A stretch of 63,819 nucleotides of DNA, filler included, from Reticulomyxa filosa (lineage: Eukaryota; Protista; Foraminifera): the NCBI GenBank assembly GCA_000512085.1. It is 10 parts of 10 records of this genome, joined end to end, with 100 filler letters (N's around TTAATTAATTAA, not from the genome) between each part and the next. Parts side by side here need not be neighbours in the genome. Positions count along the whole stretch, not along the records: positions 25,564 to 55,621 come from ASPP01007421.1; positions 55,722 to 60,866 come from ASPP01021851.1; positions 60,967 to 62,431 come from ASPP01008224.1; positions 62,532 to 63,819 come from ASPP01005137.1; 6 more parts are not named here. The stretch is one strand, 5' to 3'. The position numbers were made by a program, and so were the translations under genes. The first letter of the stretch is position 1, and each line of letters starts with the position of its first letter. The notes beneath the pieces were generated by a model. That model had not been told where the DNA came from. It saw only the letters and a list, made by a program, of their open reading frames with translations, and made no database searches. Below, one piece after another: positions 51,501-63,819 of this stretch.

Positions 51501-52782
51501 GTCGTCGACATTTAGCTCGTGATGAGAAACAAAATACAAACAAAGAGAAGACAAATCAAAAGGCAAAACGCAAGCCAAAGGTGCCACCAAAAAGAAAAAA
51601 CCAACCAAGCGCAAAATGTCTGCCTCTCCATCCAAGACAGTAAAGCCAAGTAAACGTATCAGAAGTTTATTGGATGTAGTTAAGTCAGCCATCTTTATCA
51701 AAGATTTTTTGTTGTCGTTGTTGTTGCATCTCTCCTTTGCGTTTTCCCTTTAACGCATGTTTTGTTTTGATGAATTGACAAACTTGACCCAAAGGCGATC
51801 CCTCCAAAGAAAAATAATAATCCCAATCTTCGTCGAAGTACTCGTGTCAGACTCAAACCTGTCAAACATTGGGCTGCAGAAACAGTCCCGTATTCCAAAG
51901 AAATACTAACTTATGACACATTGAAAGCGAAAGGAAATGTTTCCCTTGGCGGCATCGACTATTTGGAAGAAAATGAAAAATTGTTTGCAAAGCAACGAAG
52001 AAAAAAAGGCAAGGGTAAAAGTAAAAAACTTGGTGATGACAAATCCACAAAAAAAAAGACTGGGAAAAGTACCAAAGAAGAATCTGTAGATGAAAATTTG
52101 TCTAGTGATGGAGAGGGTAATAGTCATTCCGTATATGATTGCATGGCTTGGGTTTATGACAGTGTCTCTCAAAAAATCAAAGAAATGGGTTATTTGTTTG
52201 TTTTTTTATTTTTTTACTATTTTTTTTGTTTCTTTCAATAAAGGGAACATAGAAGGAGGCGGAAAATAACTGACATTTGTTGTCTCCTTAACACTGGTTT
52301 TACATGGTTTATCTATCTCAGCGGTAGTCCGTTGGAAAGATATGGTGTCACTAATTGAAATGGACCAGGGTTCTCAAGAGGAATCGTCAAATTCACTCTT
52401 AAAAATTCGTGGTGGAAAAGCATTTGAAAACGAAAAGTATTCTGTTGGAATGTTGGAAATCCCTCCAACTGGAATCAAATATCCTGAAGTAACCGCTACA
52501 GACGAAGTTTTGTTTTTAGTTTTTATGAAAAAGCAATTACTAAACAGAAGCAATTGCAAAAACATGCAAAAATTGATACAATAGATCTTTGTTGTCACAT
52601 CGGCGGAAAAGGATCAATTAGGAGTAAAAATTGGGCAAATGGCCGAAGAAAAACGCCTTGGAGCAGGCGCAATGTTTGTTGTTCCAAATGAAAATATGTA
52701 TTCGTTGAAAAACTATTCACAAACTCACACCGTAAAATTAACCTTTATCTTAGTGAAGCAAGATGAAGAAAGACCTTTGTGA
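48550..52782 (+). CDS. CENPC: Centromere protein C (Mif2/Cnp3) homologue, multi-exon; start uncertain
   Basis: A long disordered region precedes the CENP-C motif NLRRSTRVRLKPVKHWAAETVPY (51825-51893). C-terminal cupin KAFENEKYSVGMLEIPPTGIK...|IFVV...LGAGAMFVVPNENMYSLKNYS...VKLTF. Stop TGA at 52780-52782. Confidence 0.85.
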
Positions 52783-53740
52783 ACATTTTTTTTCTTTTTT
52801 CATTATCGCGAAAAATATCGCAATAACATCAATGAGAAGAGGAATGTATTACTTTTTTTTGCGAATTTTGGGAAGGTAATTTTATGACCATTTGTGATTT
52901 GTTTTAATTGTCACCAACACTTTTTCAACGAATTACTTTCCACATGATACATTGGAGAAACATTGCCTTGTAATTCGTTGCACATTGTCTTAGTAGTAGT
53001 TTTCAAAAGAAAGCAGCGATATCTAATTTCTATTCGGTCATAAAATGATATTTCTAAACTTATATTTACGTATCCACTGTGACTTTACATAGAAAATATA
53101 AATATTTATATATGCAAAACACTAAAATATTAAACATCTCACAATAAGCTTCATTTTTAATCTGATTTTGCATTATTTTGACATTTTAATATTTAAGTCT
53201 TTTGCAATTTGAATAATAATAGAATATGATTTTCATTAAGCTTAAAAAAAATGTTTAACATCACTGTAACCAGAAGCAAATTGAGTTGTTGGAGTATTAA
53301 ATTTATAGCACTAGTCAAATTACAATGATGCTATCATTTTGAAAATTTGTCAACACAAGTATGTATTGCAGAAAAAGGACGCAGAAAAAACTGTATTCTA
53401 AAAATAAAAAAAGAATGATGTATTAAAGCTTCGACAAAAAAAAATTAGCAACTCATAAAATATGAACTTTTTGTGTTTCTAACAAAAATTTTAGTATCAA
53501 ATTGTGATTTTTTTTTTGGTTTACTGGATATACGTTTGCACTTTTATAAGTAGTTTGTAAAAACAATAAACAAAAATTTATAAAAGTTGTTTGAAGAAAA
53601 AAATTTTCAAAAATGATTCAAATCACCTTAAGGTATGCAGCATAATGTATTTGCTTTTTACAAAATTATTTACAAGAAGAGGCTTCCACAGTATATATAT
53701 AATAACTACCGTTAAAAACAAAAAACACAAACAAAAATTC

Positions 53741-54560
53741 TTAATATTTTGTATGCACACCCCTTGCTTTGATCAAAGCTTTTATCATATCAGGCATGGA
53801 TTACACTAAAGTTTTACAAATATCTTTGTCAACTCTTACTATTCTTTCAACAAAGATTTAACCTCATGATTTTAGTGGATCTTCATATTTATAATTCGCT
53901 ACAGATTTTCGATTAAATTGATGTCTGTGCTATGCGGAGATGTTCTAATAGCGCTATTCGATTATCTTCAAAAAATTCAATAGTTGGATTTGACTTGTGA
54001 AAGTACATTGTCTTGCTGAAAGATAAGTCATCATGATACTTTTCTTCGAGACAATATTGACTAGAGTTCAATATTTTGTCAGCGATAATCTCTTTATACA
54101 ACTCAGATTTAACAGTTCACCTGATTTTGGAAGCATCCACAAATCATTATGCATCATCCACCACATTTAACAGAGGCTTAGTATTACTATCAGAAATCAT
54201 TTCGTTAGGTCTTCGCCAAATGTATTCTTTTAAGTCACTTCCGAAACGATTTATTTTCGTTTCATCGGAAAAAATCACTTTTCTACAATCACTTTTAGTC
54301 TATGATTTGTGTTTTTTAGCGAACTCTAAAATTAACTTTTTATATAGCTTAGTTAACATATGCTTTTTGATACGTATTCGACCATTTAAACCCTGGGACT
54401 TTAAAATGTTCTTCAAAGTGCTCATGATAACGATCTTTTATATGTTCGTGCGAGTAGTCGCTGCAAATCTACTGCTATTTTTGCCTCTCCAGAGTAAATT
54501 AAGCGTATCGCAATACTAACATCTCTATCAGTCCATGTTTTAAGACATCCAGAGCTTCTT
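53741..54560 (-). mobile_element. Degraded Tc1-family (approximately DD34E) transposase
   Basis: Minus strand reads RKVIFSDETKINRFGSDLKEYIWRRPNE, IFQQDN, SPHSTDINLIENL and SMPDMIKALIKARGVHTKY-stop (53741). All match the Tc1 consensus. Multiple frameshifts and stops; TIRs not identified. Confidence 0.9.
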
Positions 54561-55621
54561 TGCGTGTAATCGTTCCGCTATTGGTGATGCTTAGTTAAAA
54601 TTTTTTTGCTGTGTTATTATTTATCACAAATTGATTGTCAGAATCACGATATGACATTACCATACATATTCTTTCAAATAAAATTCATTGTTGTATTCCA
54701 GATAGCTTGTGAGTCATGACTAGAAGACAAAGAATAACAATAAAAACAAAAAACTTGTTTAAATGTTGAAAAAGAAAAGTTTATATAGAAAATTGTGACA
54801 TCAATTAAAGCAAGTCCAACATAAAAACTAACTCCTTACAATCATTTTTGAAATTTTTTTTATTCAAACAAATTTTCTAAATTTTTGTTTATTATTTTTA
54901 CAAACTACTTATAAAAGTGTAAACGTGTAATTTTTTAGTTTTTGTTATTTTATTCCATTAATTTCTAGTTGTGATTTGTTTGATTGAAATAATACAACTA
55001 GTTTTGTTTTTGCTTAATGCTTTGTTATGTGTGGTAATGCATGCAAACTTGTTTGCAAGTTTATATGTGAGTGCTTTGAACTATTTTAGAAAGATGAACA
55101 GTAACATTTGTGATTACGCTTTGTATTCTTTATTTTCTTTTTGTTTGTTACGTAACTTTTTTTTAATGTTTGTATTGCGTATATTGCGAAAAAGCGAAAG
55201 AATTTTGCTTAATTCTAAATGTTGCTTTCATTATCTGTAATTTTTCTTTAAAAAACTAATAACAGATATATTTTGTCAAAAGCAAGTAACATGCTATTGA
55301 AAGAAAAAAATAATTTTGCCTTAATAAACTGTAAACAAACACAACAGTTTTTTGAAATTTTACAGAATGCATAGTATGATTAGTTAGCTGTTCTTTTGAA
55401 TAATTTCGATAAAAAACAAAAGGAAATGTGGGACGTCAGCTGGAAGAGGTTGTACTAAATGTAATACGAAAATGGTTTTGCTCAAGAAACCAATGTTCGA
55501 TAAAACAAAAGTGAATTAAATAAAAGAAAGATGAATAACGCAACAAAAGAAGAAAACAAAAGAGTAAGTGAAGTTGGATGAGGAGTTTTAGCCCACTGGG
55601 GACTCCCAGGTTCCTTCAACG

Positions 55622-55721
55622 NNNNNNNNNNNNNNNNNNNNNNNNNNNNNNNNNNNNNNNNNNNNTTAATTAATTAANNNNNNNNNNNNNNNNNNNNNNN
55701 NNNNNNNNNNNNNNNNNNNNN
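55622..55721. other. Artificial contig spacer
   Basis: N44-TTAATTAATTAA-N44. Confidence 0.99.
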
Positions 55722-56859
55722 ACATATATATTGTGTTGTGTTTATTTAGGAATTTGAACTCCAAATTGGCTATTGCAATCGCGAATATAGTGAAGATATC
55801 ATTGGCATAATCGAAGAGATTTTGTCGAGTATTAACCCGAACCATAACAGTTTGAAACATGTGATTATTGGATATGCACTTCCTGGAGATCGCTACGTGC
55901 TTAATGATGTGCAGTCTTTGCGCTGGTGCCAGTTGCTACGTGCCTTATTTTACAAATCCAATCGTATTCAATATCTGGCTTTGTACGGCATCAAAATGAC
56001 AAATGAAGATGAAAAACTGCTGAAACTGTTGCTCCAAAATCAATTTCAAATTGTACTTCATGGACGAGCTCGTTCCTTTAACCAAGATGGCTATGTTCTC
56101 ACTGGAGCCGATCATTTTTTTTCTTCTCCAATCTAGATTTTTTTTTTCCTCTCCCATCTCTCGACGTTTAAATAAAATTCAAAGGAGGAGAGGAGAGATG
56201 TGGCAAGTGGAAATAGCTGTGCACATGTTTATGTGGTTGTGTGCATGTATGTGTGTGTGATGAAACTTAAGTTCTTTTTTTAGTGGTAACATCGGGAGGG
56301 TGTGAATGCGATGGTAAAATACTTTTTATTTTTTTTTTGTTTTTGTTTTTGTTTTTTAGAAAAAAATAATATGAATAAATTTCATTTAATTCAATCAAAA
56401 AATTGTCAAATCATGAAACATAACAAGTATATATAAACGTTGCATTTCCAAGAAAAGGTATTTTTGTTTGGATACACTTTTGTGAAATTCAACTTATTTG
56501 CGTTAATTATTTACAAATTTTTGGCGCTTTCTTGTTTGTTATTCAACAACTTTCAAATGTTTTTTTGTGGGTTATATGAAATAAAACAGCAGTGCTGTTT
56601 AGTCTCAAGCTGGAAGAAGAATGGGAGTTTGTGACTACTTTTTTTTGTTGGTTTTATTTAATAAATATAAAATTTGTAAAACATTAACATCCATTATTTA
56701 TACATACACATTAATGTTATTTTTTTCTGTAGGAAAGGACTTTTCTTTTGTCAAAAACTGATGCCACCCTTTTGGTGTTTTAAAAAGACTATGAATTTTT
56801 TTTTTTTGAAAGACAATGATCATCAAATTCCAAATCCTTTCGACCAAGTTCTCAAACAC

Positions 56860-57145
56860 AGACTTGCTTCATATGGATCGCATCAACTGATGGTGATACA
56901 GTCAAAGTTGGTACATTGAACCAACAATATGTTGATAATTCAGTCAGTATCGTTTGTCCACATGTATTGATATGCAGTCACAAAACCACTTTGGCTCCGA
57001 CTCAACAAATGCTCCAACTTACTATCCAACATTTGCTCCGACATATAGCATAATAGAAAGGACAACGGATAGCCCAACAAACAGCCTAACGGATAGTACA
57101 ACTTATATCACAACGGATAGCTCAAAACCAATGCCAAGACTAAGG
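56860..57145 (+). CDS. Fragment of a Pro/Thr-rich (PTxxPT) surface-protein-like gene
   Basis: TNAPTYYPTFAPTYSIIERTTDSPTNSLTDSTT in ORF 56954-57289; gene structure unresolved. Confidence 0.3.
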
Positions 57146-57979
57146 TCTGTTTTTTTTTTTAATTTATTTTTATTTTTATTTATTTATTTTTTTATTTATT
57201 TAGATTTAAACAGCGCACCTTTAAATAAAAGAGCTGTTGCCTGTATCTTGGCAAAGTCCCAAGATACAGGGGGGCCGGGTCTTAATTGATACAAGCACTA
57301 GTGTGTCGCTTGCTGATTTTTTAATCGTATAGCGAATATGCGGCATGCTATTTTATACTTGATAGCACTTATGAGCCCCAAGGTATGGCGAAACCGCATT
57401 AAGTTTTGTTTCATTTAATTTTGTTTTTATTTAATATCAATCGATAAAAACATTTTGTTTGTGCTTTTATTATTGATATGTTTTATTGCAAATGTATTGA
57501 ATTTGAAAATTTGATCATGAATGTATATTTGTACTTTATTAGTCGAAATATAATTTTATTAAAAGAAATGACTGAAATGTTTTATTCTGTTCATGTGATG
57601 TAATGCCATGTAACAAGGCTTGTGTTCACGAGACAACAAAAAGCACACTTTACAAAAAACTTCAGCTAACACAAAGATCTCTTTTAATGCATCACCAAAT
57701 ATCAGTTTTCCTTTTTTTTTTATGTTATAACCAAGAGAAAAAACAAACAGAAAATACAAAAAACCAGTTGAAGGTATGCAAGAATTTTTCAATCAAATCA
57801 TACACAACACTGGTCTTTTCTTAAAAAAAAATAATAGTACACGCACTTACAAATCACAATTCTAACTCGAAAATGACAAAGTTTTTTACTCCTTTTTTTG
57901 TTTCATTATTTTTGTGATTAATCTTTTCTTTTAATAGTTATTATTTTTATACAACATTTGTCATTCTTGACTGTAAAAC

Positions 57980-60814
57980 TTAGCTGTCGTTTTTACGTCC
58001 ACTTGGCCTTATTTTGAACCAAGAAGTGGCGACTATTTTTGAACAAAAAGTGTTCATTGAAAGCTCTTTCTTCATAACAGCATAATTTACAGCACTGCAA
58101 GAAACAAATGAAAAGGGGACTCCATACAAATGCGGAAAATACAAACATGACAACAGTAGCCACAATCCATCTTTCGACTGGTCCTAAATATTTGTTAAAC
58201 AAATTCACGTAATTGCTTGTATATTTATCGTCTGTCAATTCAATAAAGTATGGACTACTATTAAAATCCTCCACAAAGCTAGCAGTTGCATCTGTTTACA
58301 ACAACACATATCTCTGTTGATTATGATTAAGATTTGAATTTTTTGTAACAACAATCACAACAAATAATTTTTTTAAAAACTGTAATCTCGATAAGTTCGC
58401 AAAGGAATATCGACTAAAGAGCAATCGGATTGGATGCTGATATTGTTGCTTAGATGTAACACATTGAATTCCAATGAGCAAATGAAAATGACGAGGAAGC
58501 AAAAGATGGTCCAACTCCAGCATAAAAACCATGCAACATTTTTACAACCTCGTGGCAATCGGTAGTTTTTGTTCACTAAGTGTTGTCTCAGCTCATTTGC
58601 CATCACAAATCGACCCTATTTTTTTTGCACCCACCATATTCGTAGAGAGAGTTTTGCAAAAAAAATGAATAAATAAAACAATAACAATAAAAATAAAGAA
58701 GTGAAACTGCATCGAAATTGTTTTCATCCAATGCTTTTGCAACCATTTGGGTTTCTTTTGTCGTCAAAGACTTGATTTGATTTCGAGACAAGACCACTTC
58801 TAACTTTTTTTTTTGTTTTTTAGTATCCACAGGAAGTCCTCCGACAGATTGTGTTTGGAAATTGACTGGGCGTTGATTTTCATCAAAGTGGAAGTCATTT
58901 GCGTCTTGCTCTTGGCGCATTGGGTGTGGAGCATTCCATGAGGGTTGGTCAGGTGCGGCGTTATTGTCCAATGTATCTTCATCATTATCTTCATTGTCTC
59001 TGTCCCTGTTGTTTGATGGATTGGCAAAATTGTCAAAGTTAATTTGACTTGGTTTTTTCGCCTTGATTTCACTCGATTCACTCGACTCCTCTTCCTCGTT
59101 CTCTTCCTCATTGTCGTCATCTCTTCGGTTCCCTTCTATTCACAACAATCAAATTCCTTACTCAAATCGTTGTCTTTTTGCGTTTTATTTTGTTGTTCAA
59201 AAAAAAAAAAAAAAAATAATAATAATAAAAAAATATATATATATGTACATGTACACATATGTACAAATGATTAACGTTGATATTGTTTGTTAGCATAAGG
59301 TGGAAATTCTTGTTGCTTTTGTTTTTCAACTTGTACCCGAAACGATCCTGGTTGCTCTTCTTCTTGTTGCATGCTAAATCTGGCCTGTAAATTCCCTTCC
59401 TCCGGTGGGTTCGATGGATTGGGATTGAACTTTTGAGAAGGGAAAGGCCTCTGTTGAACAAACATACAAACAAACAAGCTGGCAGCGTATGAATAAGCGA
59501 TTTTATAACAATGCAATGTATTTGGAAATGCAAAACTGGGACAAATGACGAGGACGGATTAAATAATGGAGGTGGATTAAATAACGGAGGCGGATTGAAC
59601 GCCGGTGGAGGAGGAATGAAGGGATGATCTTCGACAGTGTTGTAAGGTTTATAAGGAGGAACGGGTGGATGTGGGTCAATGAAACCGCCCATTTCACTAA
59701 TGGTCGAACCTCTGTCCCGTTTGCGATTTTCGTCTTCGTCATCATTGTGTCCTTGTGGTTCTTCCTCTTGTTTCTTTTTCTTTTTGTTATTATTACTATT
59801 GTTATTGTTATTGTTATTGTTATGTTATTGTAATCTTTTGGTTTGTGAATGGGTTCGTTTTCTGATCCTGACTCGTTTCCGTTGTTACCTTTGTCCCTAC
59901 CGCCATGTCTATCATCACCACCTGGAGTTTCGGCTGTGGGGTCACTGCCTACATTTGATGGGCGATATCCCGGAGTTTCGCCAACGGCACCACTGTAAAT
60001 TCATATGCATATATGTGTATGTATATAAACGCTGATAACTTTCTTTCGAAAATAAACATATGAATTTTTTATTTTTTTTTAACACACACCCGTCTACACT
60101 TGCAGCATCATCATTGTCATCGTCTTTTGCGGGGGGTGATTCACCACGAGCACCACCACTACCACTACCGCTTTCCTCAGCAGGCTGATGTTGCTCGGCA
60201 TTGATGGCGCCTTTGGAGCCCAATTGTTGGGCCAGTTGAAAGGCATAGCTGTCGGCTCGGCGATCGACAATCTCGTCCTGGTCTTTTACTTTTTGATCTG
60301 CGACTGGTCCAGGCCTTTGCACTAGGGCTCGTTGAGATGGAGGTTGCTGCTGCTGCTGTGCCTGCGAATGATGGGGCGATTGAGCAGAGGCCGAACGATT
60401 CGTCGGCGAAGGGACACTCACCTCACTGTGAGACGAAACAGACGCATGCAATCCTTTCTTGCTCGGAAAACGTGCTTTGCTCTCTTGTTTCACCGCCTCT
60501 TGCGGAGGTGAAAAATTGAACTTGTTTTCCAATTGTCGAGCACTTCCTCCATTTTCGGCCAATTGTCGAGCGCTTGCTCCACTTCGAGCATTTCCTCCAT
60601 TTTCGGCCAATTGTCGGGCACTTCCTCCATTTTCAGCCAATTGTCGAGCACTTGCTCCACTTCGAGCGTTTCCTCCATTTTCAACCAGTTGTCGAGTGCT
60701 TCCTCTTTCTTCCGCCAATTGTCGAGCACTTCCTCCATTTGCAGCTAATTGTCGGACACTTCCTCCGCTTCCAGCATTCAAATTTTGGGCTTGTGGCTTT
60801 AACATGTCATACAT
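57980..60814 (-). CDS. 3' part of a large membrane protein: low-complexity loop plus two helices resembling polycystin-1 (PKD1/REJ family) TM4-TM5
   Basis: Several exons of Gln/Gly/Pro/Asp-rich sequence, then RLPRGCKNVAWFLCWSWTIFCFLVIFICSLEF ... ERWIVATVVMFVFSAFVWSPLFI. This resembles the PKD1-family pattern LPxxCxxVAWxL...xxF..W......S....P. Confidence 0.45.
60530..60770 (-). repeat. Coding minisatellite, ~30-bp units encoding GGSARQLAEN with NARSGA variants
   Basis: The unit aattgtcgagcacttcctccattttcggcc and variants repeat about 7 times inside ORF 59942-60814. Confidence 0.9.
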
Positions 60815-60866
60815 ACATATATATATGTATGCATATATGTATATATATATGTATGCATATATGTAT

Positions 60867-60966
60867 NNNNNNNNNNNNNNNNNNNNNNNNNNNNNNNNNN
60901 NNNNNNNNNNTTAATTAATTAANNNNNNNNNNNNNNNNNNNNNNNNNNNNNNNNNNNNNNNNNNNN
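60867..60966. other. Artificial contig spacer
   Basis: N44-TTAATTAATTAA-N44. Confidence 0.99.
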
Positions 60967-61021
60967 CAAAACAACAATTTTACAAACTAGTTGAAACGTT
61001 CCTCCTTGACAAAAAAACTAT

Positions 61022-61955
61022 CTATATTTTTTTGTTTTTGAAATGTTTCATAGAAACTTGAGAGGTTTTCTTCTTTTTTATTGTCACGCTCTTTTCAGTA
61101 TTTGATACATTTTGAAACATTGCTGCAGCTTTTGAGTTATTCTGATATTTATTATGAAACGCTTTTTTAATGTGGGTTTCAACAGGTTCTCCGAGCGCTT
61201 TTGTATTCAAGTTTGAATCAAATGGACATGAAAATACCCCGGGACGACTGGCAGTAGATAACAAATGGTGCATATTGTGCATCAAATGTTGAAATTTTTC
61301 TTTCCTCAATTGAGAATCGCGAACGGCTTGCTCTTTAATTTTTCTTGCTTGTTCATTGTTAAGTTCAGTCAACAAAAGATTGGACTGTGTTTGAATATCC
61401 AATAGATATTGTTTTCTTGAGTAATAATTAAGTTGATACTTTCGACAAATAAAACCACGAAATCTTCTTTGTATCAAAATTGCCATCGAGTTATATCGAT
61501 AACTTAATATTTCCATTTCATGGAATTGTCGCAATGGTTTGTAGACATACTTGCGGACTCTAAATCCGCGATAATTTCGTTGTATTATTCTAATACTGCA
61601 CAGTAATGTATGCTTTTGAATGTGATCCAGACACATTCTCACATAACATTGAATTGTCATTATATGTTGTAAATGTATTGTTTGTGTCTCTTCACATTGA
61701 GCAGGCGCAGGGGCTGTGTTTGCTACTTCAGACTGACACAGCTGCAACGATGCTGTGCTTTGCTCTTTGTTGCACAAAAAAATCGCACAGTTTTTTGAAG
61801 TCGTATGTTCATGGTGAGATAGTAGACAAAAAACCTAAAGTTGTGTCTGGACATGCTGTTTGCACAGTATGTGTATCATCATGTTCTGTAACAGTGTTTT
61901 GTTCTTCATTGATTTTTTCATCATTCTTTTGAACGTCTTCATTTGTCTCAGACAT
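61022..61955 (-). CDS. SPATA17: SPATA17-like IQ-motif (cilia/flagella-associated) protein
   Basis: Three IQ motifs (TIQCYVRM, IIQRNYRGFRVRK, LIQRRFRGFICRKY..NYYSRKQYL), a coiled coil, then MHHLLSTASRPGVFSCPF (SPATA17 MHYLLSTKQIPGIYNSPF). Probable first exon starts at ATG 61955. Confidence 0.85.
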
Positions 61956-62431
61956 TTGAGAAAGAAAAACCCCAAAATTAAAAGCAATATGAGTTGCCTA
62001 GTCCTAGTTACGTCCACAGGTCAAATATGAGTTTTTGCACGTTTCAGACATAACTTATAAAACATGGAAAGAATCCAAGTATTTGAAATTTACAATATGT
62101 CAAGCAAAATCTACACTGTATTTGAGATTTATCTCACCAATTGATCTTCTAAAAAAAGGGTTTTTATGTTGTACTTTGAATTTTTTTCAACGCACTTTTG
62201 CAGCTGCATTGGCAGATGCCATTTGCCACATTTGAAGAAAAAACACAAAAAAAAAAAAAAAAAAGGAGACCAACTTGTGACAGGAAAGTTGAAGTTTTAC
62301 GTGTGAACCAAAAAGTCTGTTATTGCTTTCCGAACAGTTTTTAACCACAAAGTCTCAAATTACAATTGACAAAAACTTAAGTATACCCAACAAAAATTCA
62401 TATTCCAGAAGGAGGGGTGTAAAAAAAAAAA

Positions 62432-62531
62432 NNNNNNNNNNNNNNNNNNNNNNNNNNNNNNNNNNNNNNNNNNNNTTAATTAATTAANNNNNNNNNNNNN
62501 NNNNNNNNNNNNNNNNNNNNNNNNNNNNNNN
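62432..62531. other. Artificial contig spacer
   Basis: N44-TTAATTAATTAA-N44. Confidence 0.99.
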
Positions 62532-62550
62532 TAGTAATATCAATAATAGC

Positions 62551-62622
62551 AATAACAATAACAATAACAATAACAATAACAATAACAATAACAATAACAA
62601 TAACAATAACAATAACAATAAC
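62551..62622 (+). repeat. (AATAAC)12 microsatellite, probably encoding poly-Asn
   Basis: 12 perfect hexamer units. Confidence 0.9.
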
Positions 62623-62796
62623 ATACAACAGCCATCAATATCACAGTCCATTACAGAACCAGTCAATTCTTCAGACGGATGCGAAGTATCAAAAAAAAAA
62701 AAAAAAAAGGGGGCCCCTTTGAGGGCAAACAAAAAAAGATCAACACACACATACACATAGAGAGAAAAAAAAAAAAAAAAAAAAATGAATTAAATA

Positions 62797-63760
62797 GGAA
62801 AAAGCGAGCGGGACTACTCCTCGGATATCAACAAGTATTCACATAGCAGCTCACGACAATAAAGTGCCACCTTTGGCACCGGCGGTGATGAGCAGCAATG
62901 GTAGTACGCATACGTCGCGTTTCAATGTCGGCTATGTGCAGCTCAATTCAAGCGGTGCAAACCTTCGAATGGACGCACCATCCGCCGCGAAATCGCAGTT
63001 GTCATCCAATAGCAACAGTAGCAGCAACACGCGTGCTTCGTTTGCTGAAGCATCCAATCGATTCATCAACACAAGCAAAAGCGGCAACACGCCGTCACCG
63101 TCATCGCCATCATCACCATCATCACCTTCAACAATAATGACAGCAATGACAATAACAGCTAACGCATCAAAGCGAGTGGTCACATCAGACAGTAATGTGG
63201 CATCAGGACAAGGGTCATCGTCATCATCATCTCGTCATGTGAACACAAGCAACGGCAATGGCTATTCGTATTTGAATCAAACGCGTAAGTACACCCGCAG
63301 AATGGACCCGTCATACAACCCATTGAATGACCCGGCATTAAATGTAGTGAACCCGTTGCAAATGACATTGGATCAAACGCTGATTGGAGTGACCACGAAT
63401 CGAAAGGCCAGCCCTTCGCCAAAGCAATCCCTGGCAACAATGGACTATTGGGAACAAACAACAACAACAACAACAACAATCTCAGTCTCAGTCTCAATCC
63501 CAGCTTTTATCTCCTTCATCTCCACAACTCGTCTTCGAACAGAAGGAAAACAATGTCCCCATTCCTTCGGCATTACATACTTGCTACGTCGAATCACTCT
63601 TGGCACAAATTAAACACAGCACCGACTGTCTCCACTCCTTTGCCAATGCCATCAAATCCTTCTCCAAAGAGCAAGTCAAACAGTGTGACGAAACGGTCAA
63701 GTTGCTCCACAAGTCCAAACAAGAGTTTCGCAAAAATAATAATAATCTCTCTAGCATATA
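62797..63760 (+). CDS. Internal exon(s) of a Ser/Asn/Thr-rich low-complexity hypothetical protein
   Basis: Long open frame 62864-63613 with coding-like composition, flanked by intron-like sequence. No recognisable domain. Confidence 0.45.
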
Positions 63761-63819
63761 CAAGAGGGAGTATTTATACATACTTATTTATATACGTATA
63801 CGTTGTTTTTTTTTTTTTC

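Noticed and set aside
55571-55621. GC-rich hairpin-like sequence at the contig end
   Set aside because: Too short and truncated to classify.
60530-60770. ~30-bp repeats as a CRISPR-like array
   Set aside because: Tandem, frame-preserving coding repeats without unique spacers or cas genes.
6544-62531. Nine identical TTAATTAATTAA palindromes within N runs
   Set aside because: Artificial six-frame-stop contig joiners. Gene neighbourhoods across them are meaningless.

Overview
This window is a concatenation of 10 unrelated contigs joined by artificial 100-nt spacers (N44-TTAATTAATTAA-N44). Nine contigs are from an AT-rich, intron-rich protist genome. Short GT-AG introns, long A/T runs, low-complexity proteins and an expanded RING/TRAF-type family suggest a foraminiferan such as Reticulomyxa; this identification is an inference. 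One contig (13454-14573) is GC-rich bacterial DNA. Recognisable host genes: Deltex-like WWE/RING/DTC ligase, RPL11, DPH5, a PQ-loop transporter, the 5' part of MLH3, a PPR protein, a secreted GH31 glycosidase, a 7TM protein, RABL6, TBC1D13, a pentameric ligand-gated ion channel, an ABCG half-transporter, CENP-C, a polycystin-like membrane protein and SPATA17. There are also two decayed Tc1 transposases. The most striking locus is 18.5-20.3 kb. It holds a pseudogenised geminivirus-like (CRESS-DNA) rolling-circle Rep with all endonuclease and SF3-helicase motifs still readable across frameshifts. Directly upstream and in the same frame is a host NEMF/Rqc2 fragment scrambled by an in-place ~54-bp inversion and two nested inverted duplications, one of which forms a 33-bp hairpin. 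All calls come from manual translation and recalled family motifs; no searches were run, and exon boundaries are approximate.
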